A stretch of 64,000 bases of DNA from an uncultured Gammaproteobacteria bacterium (GTDB lineage: Bacteria; Patescibacteriota; Microgenomatia; CAYQLK01). Position 1 is the stretch's first letter; each line of letters starts with the position of its first letter. The notes under the pieces are model-generated. The model was not told where the DNA came from, searched no databases, and saw nothing but the letters and a program-made list of their open reading frames with translations. The position numbers and the translations under genes were made by a program. Location: the NCBI GenBank assembly GCA_964404855.1, contig CAYOLO010000002.1, positions 3,494 to 67,493 on the forward strand, written 5' to 3'. This document shows positions 39,631 to 47,133 of the stretch, piece by piece.

Positions 39631-40541
39631 GAAATTTTAGCAGATTTTGAATTAATCTGTGCTTTTAAGATTTTAATAGCTTCTACGTTTGTTAAAACAG
39701 GTACACCTAACGACTCAATTTTTTTAACGATTAAGCCTCCATTGATTGGCCGTTTGGCTTTGTCAGGAAAATTTTGTCTAAATAAATAAATCGATCCTCT
39801 TTCTATAGGATAATTAAACTCAAAAACCTGATTAATTATTTGTCCAAAACTGTAAGGGGTGACAACATCTGAATTTGCCAAGTGATAGACACCACCTAAT
39901 GATTTTTCAAGACTAAGGTTAATAAAATCGGCAAGGCAGTCAATAAAAGTGGGGGTCAGAAATTGATCATTAAAAAGTGGATATAACGATTGATTCTCCA
40001 TCTTGGAAATAAGATCGCGAGCAAAATCCCCTTTTGTAAAACTAGATCTGAATGGATAAGCAATTCTGATAATTTGATGCTTGTCGGAGTCATTTAATAT
40101 GTTGTCCTCTGCGAGCTTTTTGGTCCAACCGTACCAGCTAAGATTCTCTTGGGAGCTGGTTGGGTCAGTCTCTGTATATGGACCTTTATTCCCGTCAAAA
40201 ACAAAATCTGTAGAAATAAAAACCACTTTTGCGTTATGGGACGCGGCAGCGTTAAGAACATTTTGAGTCACATTTACATTTGTCTGATAGCAAAGACCTT
40301 CAATGTCACCCTTCTGATTTTCCGCCTCGTCTACAGCTGTGTAGCCAGCAAAATGAAGAATTATTTCGAAATCCAAGTTATCTAATGTTTTTTTAAGCTG
40401 TGACAAATCATTTAAGTCAGATTGAATATCGGCTCGCCCTATCTCTCTAGAAATTGTCGTGATTGTGTGTTTATCTCTTAGAAGCTCATAGACTCTACTT
40501 CCGACGAGTCCCGTCGAACCGGTAAATAATATTTTTGACAT
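39627..40541 (-). CDS. RmlD-family NAD(P)H sugar-nucleotide 4-ketoreductase (dTDP-4-dehydrorhamnose reductase-like)
   Basis: [14 protein letters not shown] Rossmann motif. [38 protein letters not shown] matches the RmlD substrate-binding domain pattern STDYVFDG..Y.E.D...P...YG.SK..GE. Confidence 0.65.
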   Translation of the reverse strand: MSKILFTGSTGLVGSRVYELLRDKHTITTISREIGRADIQSDLNDLSQLKKTLDNLDFEIILHFAGYTAVDEAENQKGDIEGLCYQTNVNVTQNVLNAAASHNAKVVFISTDFVFDGNKGPYTETDPTSSQENLSWYGWTKKLAEDNILNDSDKHQIIRIAYPFRSSFTKGDFARDLISKMENQSLYPLFNDQFLTPTFIDCLADFINLSLEKSLGGVYHLANSDVVTPYSFGQIINQVFEFNYPIERGSIYLFRQNFPDKAKRPINGGLIVKKIESLGVPVLTNVEAIKILKAQINSKSAKIS

Positions 40542-40553
40542 AATATTTAAAAA

Positions 40554-41423
40554 TTAACTACTATTCTCAGCTACAGACATTAAATATTTTCCGTATCCGC
40601 TTTTTAATAAAGGCTCAGCCAAATCAATCAGTTGAGCTTTAGTGATAAATCCTTTTTGAAAAGCCGTTTCTTCAATACATCCAATCTTAACTCCTTGTCG
40701 TTGTTCAATTACTTGCACGAATTGTGAAGCTTGCATCATTGAATCAAAGGTGCCGGTATCAAGCCAAGCCGTGCCTTGTTCTAGTATTGCTACTTTGAGT
40801 TTATTCTCTTTTAGATAGTAAGCGTTTACGTCTGTAATCTCATATTCACCGCGCTCACTAGGTTTGATGTTTTTTGCAATTTCAATAACATTGTTGTCGT
40901 AAAAATATAAGCCAGTAACAGCATAGTTTGATTTTGGTTTAGAGGGTTTTTCTTCAATCGATACCGCGATATTATCCTTATCAAATTCAACGACTCCATA
41001 TCTTTCTGGGTCAGAAACTCGATATGCAAAAACTTTACCTCCTTCGATTGAATCAGTTTGTGGAAGCACATCATCGAGCGAAGAACCATAAAAAATATTG
41101 TCACCCAATATCATCGCAACTGAATCCGAGCCGATAAAAGATTCCCCAATAACGAAAGCTTGCGCCAATCCGTTAGGGATTTCTTGAATAGCGTAATTAA
41201 AACTACACCCATACTTACTTCCATCACCAAGAAGTTTTTGAAATCCTGGAAGATCCTGTGGAGTAGAAATAATTAATACCTCATTAATTCCAGCTTTTAG
41301 TAGAATAGACAAAGGATAGTAAATCATTGGCTTGTCGTAGACAGGCATGATTTGTTTACTGATTGCGTAAGTAATTGGGTAAAGTCTGGTTCCGGAACCT
41401 CCGGCGAGTATTATTCCTTTCAC
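40554..41423 (-). CDS. rfbA: Glucose-1-phosphate thymidylyltransferase
   Basis: [39 protein letters not shown] is a near-canonical RmlA N-terminus. 289 aa. Confidence 0.9.
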   Translation of the reverse strand: MKGIILAGGSGTRLYPITYAISKQIMPVYDKPMIYYPLSILLKAGINEVLIISTPQDLPGFQKLLGDGSKYGCSFNYAIQEIPNGLAQAFVIGESFIGSDSVAMILGDNIFYGSSLDDVLPQTDSIEGGKVFAYRVSDPERYGVVEFDKDNIAVSIEEKPSKPKSNYAVTGLYFYDNNVIEIAKNIKPSERGEYEITDVNAYYLKENKLKVAILEQGTAWLDTGTFDSMMQASQFVQVIEQRQGVKIGCIEETAFQKGFITKAQLIDLAEPLLKSGYGKYLMSVAENSS

Positions 41424-41438
41424 AAGATATATAGTAGC

Positions 41439-41705
41439 TTAACGACTTAAAAACATCAAATATGCTATTACAACAATTAAAAATGATAATCCTAAATATT
41501 CTAGGACCGTATGAGGGTGTTTTTTGGTAACAGCAAAGTAATGAATTACTCCCCAAAAAAAATAAAAAACTGCAAATATGAGTGAGATTAAAAATTGCGT
41601 CATTTGGTTTGACTGAAACAACATAATACTGCCAAATGCAAGTCCAATTGCAAAAAACAACATTCCCCAATGAAAGTGTAAGTGGGTTATTTTTTTACTA
41701 CTCAT
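41439..41705 (-). CDS. Small hypothetical membrane protein (3 TM)
   Basis: 88 aa with three hydrophobic helices and no recognisable motif. The overlapping ORF 41356..41670 in another frame is probably spurious. Confidence 0.4.
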   Translation of the reverse strand: MSSKKITHLHFHWGMLFFAIGLAFGSIMLFQSNQMTQFLISLIFAVFYFFWGVIHYFAVTKKHPHTVLEYLGLSFLIVVIAYLMFLSR

Positions 41706-41707
41706 AT

Positions 41708-42643
41708 TTATAGAATTGATCCCGAACTAATAAATGTAATTACAATGGCAAACAAGCTAAATACAAATAAATGAGCAAAATTGTGATGTAGCGCACGGTT
41801 TATTCTATTTCTGCGAACGTAGATGATATCAAGTGTAATTAATAGGACCAGTAGAGAAGAAATTATCAAGCTAACTGTTTTAATAATTAAATACGGATTG
41901 AGTGGATAATTTACCTGAACTTGCGACGCTTCTCCTTGGACTGCTTCTGTGCTTACCGGCGTTCCACCTGTTTCCGAGGTGTCTGAGTTAGTTGTCCCAA
42001 CTATTGTAGCTGATGAAGTAGCAGGTTGGCTGTTAGTTGTTTGGGCGGGTGTTGGTGTCTCAACTTGCTGAGCTGGAGCTGGATTGGCTGGAGAAGCAAA
42101 CATCTGCACAACTAAAGAACCGTTTACTCCATTGAGATTGCCTTCGGTTACAGCTACTCCTATTTCTGTAAAACTACCATCCAACAAATTTTGCTTATGT
42201 GAAGGCGAGTTCATCCAGGCAACAACTACAGAGTTTGCGTTGTCAAAATCCCTTGCTAAGTTTTCGCCGGCAACAGAATATTTATAACCAGACTGGCTAA
42301 TAAATTGCCAAGGAGTTTTTCCATCGGGAGCAAAATGAGCCCAGTAGTTTTGGTTTAACATGTCTTGAGCTTTGGCAGCAGCTGCTTGAGACAAAAGTTG
42401 GTTTTCTTTAACTGGTCGTACGCCTTGAGAAATTCTTCTTTCGTTAGTAAGGCTAATTATGTCTGTGGTAGAAATATTTGTTGAAATACCTAATACATTA
42501 GAACCAGGAATTGAAAATATTTTCAAAAATACTTGGAGGAGTATTAAAAAAATAACATATGAAAAAATCGCTGGTGCTTTTACAGCGTGAGCCCTATGAT
42601 TGTTCTTGTGGTGAGGTAAAAAAAACTTAACTATTGATGTCAT
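41708..42643 (-). CDS. CAP/SCP/PR-1 domain protein with Thr/Pro-rich stalk and C-terminal membrane anchor
   Basis: N-terminal TM/signal anchor. CAP domain motifs HFAPDGKTPWQFI...GENLARDF...VVVAWMNSPSHKQNLLDGSFTEIGVAV. Then a T/S/P-rich low-complexity region and a terminal TM helix. Confidence 0.7.
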   Translation of the reverse strand: MTSIVKFFLPHHKNNHRAHAVKAPAIFSYVIFLILLQVFLKIFSIPGSNVLGISTNISTTDIISLTNERRISQGVRPVKENQLLSQAAAAKAQDMLNQNYWAHFAPDGKTPWQFISQSGYKYSVAGENLARDFDNANSVVVAWMNSPSHKQNLLDGSFTEIGVAVTEGNLNGVNGSLVVQMFASPANPAPAQQVETPTPAQTTNSQPATSSATIVGTTNSDTSETGGTPVSTEAVQGEASQVQVNYPLNPYLIIKTVSLIISSLLVLLITLDIIYVRRNRINRALHHNFAHLFVFSLFAIVITFISSGSIL

Positions 42644-42963
42644 TAGGAATACTTTGAGTCTTCATACTTAACTTTAACATAGCTACCGACCTTAAGATTA
42701 TTGACAGGAATTTTTAAACTAAACGCCAATGCATTTGCAACTGAAACCCCAACTCTAGTACCAGTAAATGAGCCTGGACCTGAGTTGACAAAAATTCTGC
42801 CGACTTTTTTTATTGGAAATTTTTCAAAAATTTTATTCAAGTGCGGAATTAGTGTTTCCGATCCAACACCTTGAAAGGCTTGAGAAAAGACATTAGAACC
42901 ATCCTTTTCAAGGATTTTTATAATTGTCTGATTCGGTTTTATGGTGTCAATATATAGATCCAT
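42643..42963 (-). CDS. tsaB: tRNA t6A37 biosynthesis protein TsaB (YeaZ), N-terminal subdomain only (106 aa)
   Basis: VNSGPGSFTGTRVGVSVANALAFSL matches the TsaB GPGSFTG-R-G motif. The ORF stops after ~106 aa, where canonical TsaB is ~230 aa. Confidence 0.55.
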   Translation of the reverse strand: MDLYIDTIKPNQTIIKILEKDGSNVFSQAFQGVGSETLIPHLNKIFEKFPIKKVGRIFVNSGPGSFTGTRVGVSVANALAFSLKIPVNNLKVGSYVKVKYEDSKYS

Positions 42964-42965
42964 AA

Positions 42966-43550
42966 CTATATTTTAACTGCCCCATCTCTTAATATCACTA
43001 AGTTTTCGTTTTCAAAAGTTATGACAGTCGACTCTTTGCCAAACCCATCTACTGAGCTAAAAACAGCATCCACAAGTTTAAGAAGATTTGGATCAAGTTG
43101 AGAAATAGTTTGGGGTGGAGTTTGCCCCGCAAAATTGGCCGAGGGTCCAAGAATCGGCCTATCTAATATTTTTAGAACCTCCAATAATTTTTGATGATTA
43201 GGAATTCTAACCCCAACCTTTTTAGTTGTTGAGACAAAACTTTTATCTTCTATTTCTTTTTTGGCCGACAATACGACCGTCAGAGCACCTGGCCAATATT
43301 TATTCAATATTTTTTTTGCAGTAGGGTTAATGATTGCCAACTTATTTACCCAGCTGGTATTTGGAATAAGAAGTGAGGTTGGTTTATCAGGCAGGCGGTT
43401 TTTGATTGAGTAGAGTCTTTTGATTGCTTGATCATCATCATAAACACAACCTATTCCCCATACTGTATCAGTTGGAAAAATAACTATCCCCCCTTTTGCA
43501 AAAACCTTAGCTATGACCTGAGGATCACTCGATTGTAATAATTCTTTCAT
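42966..43550 (-). CDS. tsaC: L-threonylcarbamoyladenylate synthase, YrdC/TsaC type (single domain)
   Basis: VIFPTDTVWGIGCV...KNRLPDKPTSLLI...YWPGALTVVL...VGVRIPNH...LGPSANFAGQ are YrdC family blocks. 194 aa, no Sua5 C-terminal domain. Confidence 0.85.
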   Translation of the reverse strand: MKELLQSSDPQVIAKVFAKGGIVIFPTDTVWGIGCVYDDDQAIKRLYSIKNRLPDKPTSLLIPNTSWVNKLAIINPTAKKILNKYWPGALTVVLSAKKEIEDKSFVSTTKKVGVRIPNHQKLLEVLKILDRPILGPSANFAGQTPPQTISQLDPNLLKLVDAVFSSVDGFGKESTVITFENENLVILRDGAVKI

Positions 43551-43935
43551 TGTCTGATTTGGTTTTTAGAAATGTAATTTTTTTAGCAAAAATATTGTTT
43601 AAATTAGCTTTGTCTGGCCACTCAATAATAAATATTTTTTTAGGGTCCGATTCGATAATTTCTCTTACACCTAACATTTCAAACTGACTTGGATTCTCGA
43701 GTCTATATAGATCAAGATGATAAAGCCTGTCATAAATTTTGAGAAACACAAAAGTTGGGCTTGAAATTGTCCTAGTAATACCCAGACCTTTGGCGAAACC
43801 TCTAACAAACGCCGTTTTGCCCGCACCTAAATCGCCAGTTAGAAAAATAACTCCTCCAGAATATAAATACTCTTGAGCTAAATCTTGACCTATTTTTTCA
43901 GTTTCGATTTGATTTTTTGAGATAATTTGTTCCAT
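43525..43935 (-). CDS. tsaE: tRNA t6A37 ATPase TsaE (YjeE)
   Basis: IFLTGDLGAGKTAFVRGFAKGLGI...SPTFVFLKIY...LYHLDLYRL matches TsaE Walker A and signature blocks. Confidence 0.85.
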   Translation of the reverse strand: MEQIISKNQIETEKIGQDLAQEYLYSGGVIFLTGDLGAGKTAFVRGFAKGLGITRTISSPTFVFLKIYDRLYHLDLYRLENPSQFEMLGVREIIESDPKKIFIIEWPDKANLNNIFAKKITFLKTKSDNERIITIE

Positions 43936-44255
43936 GTGATGACTGCAGTTATGCTTCCGAGTGAATCAATAATAACATCTCTGCCTCTTGGCTCACGACC
44001 TGGGATAAATGATTGATGAAACTCATCTGAAATAGCATATGTAATACAAAATATAATACTAATCCAAATATTTTTTGTGGCACGATAAACCAAAACCCCA
44101 AGAATAAAATATTCAATGAAGTGTGCAAGTTTTTTGAGGGCAAAGTCAATTGCATAAGAGTCGACTGTCGAGATTGTTGGCCGGTTACTTACAGCAAAAA
44201 TTAGTCCACACCAAATGATAACTGGAACGTATAGAAATATTGTTTGTTTAGTCAC
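43890..44255 (-). CDS. VanZ-family membrane protein
   Basis: Four TM helices. DEFHQSFIPGREPRGRDVIIDSLGSI matches the VanZ motif. Confidence 0.7.
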   Translation of the reverse strand: MTKQTIFLYVPVIIWCGLIFAVSNRPTISTVDSYAIDFALKKLAHFIEYFILGVLVYRATKNIWISIIFCITYAISDEFHQSFIPGREPRGRDVIIDSLGSITAVITWNKLSQKIKSKLKK

Positions 44256-44264
44256 TGGAAAAAA

Positions 44265-44588
44265 TTATGAATGGTTCTTTAAAATATGAAACCGATCTTT
44301 ATAGGTGATACCTTGGATTATTCCACCTAAGCACAAGCTTTTGACTAATATTAAATGGTTAAAACTCGTTGTGGTGAGAATAAGAACAACAAAAACTAGT
44401 GAGAGGGTCATCCAGTGATGAATGTGAATCTTCCACTTGCTAGTTTGAATAAGTAGATTCGGCATTATTTCAACTCGCTTAATACCAAGTTTCGGTAAAC
44501 GATTAGGTTTAATGTGAATAGGTTTGGAAAGGAAGTGCGAAATAAAATATCCGACCACTAGCCCGACACCAGTAAAAACTATATCCAT
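44265..44588 (-). CDS. Small hypothetical membrane protein (2 TM)
   Basis: 107 aa with two hydrophobic segments and no recognisable motif. Confidence 0.4.
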   Translation of the reverse strand: MDIVFTGVGLVVGYFISHFLSKPIHIKPNRLPKLGIKRVEIMPNLLIQTSKWKIHIHHWMTLSLVFVVLILTTTSFNHLILVKSLCLGGIIQGITYKDRFHILKNHS

Positions 44589-44597
44589 ACTATTATT

Positions 44598-45815
44598 CTA
44601 TACAATTTTTAGTATAGATTTAAGTTTTTTGAAGACTTTGCTCTTTTTTATTTTTTTATTTATCTTTTTTTTGTTAGAAAAATAAACTGTATGTACCAAA
44701 AAGCCTAATGTAATTAGAGCAGTTGAAATATAAAACGGAATAAAATTGTCTGTTTTTGTTATCTCTTCAACTTGATTTTGTTTTTTGACTGCCGAAGCTG
44801 AGGATGATGTTTTGGCTCCAAGAACTTTTTTAGGAGTAGGAGTTTTAGTTATTTTTGGCGTTGGCGTTGGTTTAGTAGTTGGAGTTGGTTTTACGGTCGG
44901 CGTAGCTGTAGGGGTTGGTGTAATAATTGCGACAATTGAGTTGACTTCACCAGGTGTAGGATCTGTAGTTTTTTGCCAATTACCAGAAGCGTCAATAGCA
45001 AATGAAACGCCTTTGGTGGAAGCTGGATATGAATAACTATTAATTACTTGATCATTGTATAAAATTCTTCCACTGTCTCCACCGTTGTTAAATATTGAAC
45101 TTGTGTAAAAGACAAAATATTGTAATGGTTCGAGCGTATACTTTGGCAAGTTATTTGGTTTTGAGCCACCATCAATATCATCGATTTGAAAATTGCTTAA
45201 TTCAATCGCAAGCTCCATAGGGTTGTAAATTTCTATCCATTCGTCGCCATCAAGAGGGTCGGGCAGAATTTCTGTAATTATTAAAGTGTTTACTGAAAAA
45301 TTTGTTTGATTTTGCGACCCTCCCACTGCTTGTGGGGTTGGTGTAGCAGTTACATCAGGACACGGTTCGCCACCGACAAAATTAAGTGAGTCTTTGGTGT
45401 TGTTTTCAAAAACTTTCCAACTATTTCCTCCATCAACTTCCAAACCCACTGACTGATTCTCCGATGAAGTAGTAACATCCGGCATGGGAATTGTAATTTG
45501 CGAATAAGGATCATTTGTATTTTCTGGGGAGAAAAGCCGAATACTGTCAGGAGTTGAATTGTTTAAAAATGTCATATCAAAAGATATAACCCCCCTGGGA
45601 GAAATCGAGCCAGATAAAGTTTTAAACTGACTTTCAGTCGAGTCTCTAACCTTCCAACCTTCTAAGCTAACACTGGTACACTCTGAATTGTATAACTCTA
45701 CCCAATCAGAGCTTGATTGGTAAGAAAATTCATTAATGAAAATTGAGGCAAAAGTGCCTGATGAATTGGTAACGGATAATATTATAGATAATAAAAAAGC
45801 TAAAAATATTTTCAC
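44598..45815 (-). CDS. Surface protein with two lamin-tail domains (LTD), Pro/Thr-rich stalk and C-terminal TM anchor
   Basis: FINEFSYQSSSDWVELYNSECTSVSLEGWKV and LIITEILPDPLDGDEWIEIYNPME match the LTD pattern (INE...DWVELYN...L.GW). PT-rich linker TPTPTATPTVKPTPTTKPTPTPKITKTPTPKK, then a TM helix and a K-rich tail. Apparent GTG start with a signal peptide. Confidence 0.65.
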   Translation of the reverse strand: MKIFLAFLLSIILSVTNSSGTFASIFINEFSYQSSSDWVELYNSECTSVSLEGWKVRDSTESQFKTLSGSISPRGVISFDMTFLNNSTPDSIRLFSPENTNDPYSQITIPMPDVTTSSENQSVGLEVDGGNSWKVFENNTKDSLNFVGGEPCPDVTATPTPQAVGGSQNQTNFSVNTLIITEILPDPLDGDEWIEIYNPMELAIELSNFQIDDIDGGSKPNNLPKYTLEPLQYFVFYTSSIFNNGGDSGRILYNDQVINSYSYPASTKGVSFAIDASGNWQKTTDPTPGEVNSIVAIITPTPTATPTVKPTPTTKPTPTPKITKTPTPKKVLGAKTSSSASAVKKQNQVEEITKTDNFIPFYISTALITLGFLVHTVYFSNKKKINKKIKKSKVFKKLKSILKIV

Positions 45816-45901
45816 TGCCCTTAATTAATTCTTTTAAGGCAGGAGACTAAAAATTTATCACTTTCGGGTTAGTTTCGCAATAGATAGTTTTTACTAGAAG
45901 A

Positions 45902-47059
45902 CTACTGCGGATAAATATGGAGATAATAGGTTTCTAATCCGTCATTGTGTACGACCTTGGCAAAAGTCAGAGTACCTGGGTAAGCTCCTCCGCAGGTATA
46001 AGACCCTCCGTATAATTTGCCTTCCTTAACGGCTTTAACTGTACTTCCTCCTCCGTCCATATCGATACCTGCGTGAACACCACCATTGTAGCGTTGTGCA
46101 TAATAATGTGAGCTCCCATAACCTTGGTTTATACTAATTGGATTATTAACCGGCCACTCAAATGGACCATCTGGATAGATAGTGCCATAATCGTCATACT
46201 TATCAGGTGGATAATTATAAGAGAAAGACGTTTTTTTTAGATAATTATTTGGATTCTCAACACTGCCGTTTTTATGAACTTCGAAATGAAGATGGGCTCC
46301 ACTAGAACAACCTGAGGCACCATTGATAATGTTTCCAATTGTGTCTCCAGTTTTGACATCTCTAATCAAAGTAAGCTTTCCATAAGAAATGGCTGCCTGT
46401 TCAGCTCGAGCTTGAGCAAGCTGGGCTTGATAGGTTCGCTCGTCGTTTTTGGTGATGACCAAAAGACTCTCTTTTTCTTTTTTCTGTCGAGTCAGAGTCG
46501 ACTGAAGTGCATCTAGTGAAACCTTAAGCTTTTCTGCCTCAAGCTTTTTGTCTTCTAAGGTTTCTTTTTGATTGGTGTAGGAGCTTTTGGTGGTTTGGAG
46601 TTGGCCAAGAATTTTACGGTCGCTTTGTTGGATGGTTTTGAGGTATTTGTAACGCGCTAGAAGCTTGCCAAAGTCGTTACTTGAGAGGAATAGGTCCAAT
46701 GGCGAGATACGGCCATTCTTGTACGTGTTAGTGATGCGAATGAGGACTTTATCTGACTGTGTTGTTAAAGTCCCTCTAATCCTATCAATACGGCCTCCTA
46801 GTACACCGATTTCTTCCTCTAGCTTGGCTAGGTCTAATTCAGTCTGGGCGATTCTTAGTGTAGTCAACTCAACTTGATCATCAAGTTTAGTAATTTCACT
46901 TTTTAGGCTTTTGGCCATTGTTTGTGTTTGGGCTAGCTTTTGCTCTAACTCCTCAATTTTGGATTTATCTGCATCAACGATAGTTACCGGAAAAAGACCC
47001 AGCAGCAAGACAAACACCAAGCAAACTTGAATTATTTTAGTAAGGTTAAAAATTTTCAT
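45902..47059 (-). CDS. Coiled-coil peptidase M23 family protein (EnvC/PcsB-like, putative FtsEX-regulated peptidoglycan hydrolase)
   Basis: Signal peptide, ~200 aa heptad-rich coiled coil, then M23 motifs GASGCSSGAHLHFEVHKNGSVENP and later YNGGVHAGIDMDGG...TYYLH. Lies immediately downstream of ftsE-ftsX. Confidence 0.75.
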   Translation of the reverse strand: MKIFNLTKIIQVCLVFVLLLGLFPVTIVDADKSKIEELEQKLAQTQTMAKSLKSEITKLDDQVELTTLRIAQTELDLAKLEEEIGVLGGRIDRIRGTLTTQSDKVLIRITNTYKNGRISPLDLFLSSNDFGKLLARYKYLKTIQQSDRKILGQLQTTKSSYTNQKETLEDKKLEAEKLKVSLDALQSTLTRQKKEKESLLVITKNDERTYQAQLAQARAEQAAISYGKLTLIRDVKTGDTIGNIINGASGCSSGAHLHFEVHKNGSVENPNNYLKKTSFSYNYPPDKYDDYGTIYPDGPFEWPVNNPISINQGYGSSHYYAQRYNGGVHAGIDMDGGGSTVKAVKEGKLYGGSYTCGGAYPGTLTFAKVVHNDGLETYYLHIYPQ

Positions 47060-47133
47060 AGCTAAAAATTGCCTTTTTTTGTTTCAGGCTTAATCTTTTT
47101 ATTATAAACTCGACAAAGACTTATTAGAAAATT

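Noticed and set aside
39627-40541. Calling this gene fcl (GDP-L-fucose synthase) because it follows gmd
   Set aside because: The sequence carries RmlD-family blocks (STDFVFDG...Y.E.D...YGW.K) rather than the Fcl/GMER pattern. Kept as an RmlD-family reductase with unknown nucleotide specificity.
41356-41670. Minus-strand ORF of 104 aa overlapping the 88-aa membrane ORF and the rmlA start
   Set aside because: Alternative frame overlapping two better-supported genes. Cys/Asn-rich translation with no TM or motif. Likely spurious.
44785-45036. Repetitive GGTGTTGG/GGTGTAGG nucleotide tract that might be mistaken for a tandem repeat or CRISPR-like array
   Set aside because: It is the coding sequence of the (Thr-Pro)n linker of the LTD protein on the minus strand. 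It is protein-level low complexity, not a spacer-repeat structure. No CRISPR repeats were found anywhere in the window.
47060-47133. TATAAT hexamer (in GAGTTTATAATAAA on the minus strand) upstream of the M23 gene, as a possible promoter
   Set aside because: No properly spaced -35 element. The organism is AT-rich, so TATAAT-like hexamers occur by chance. Left as a note only.
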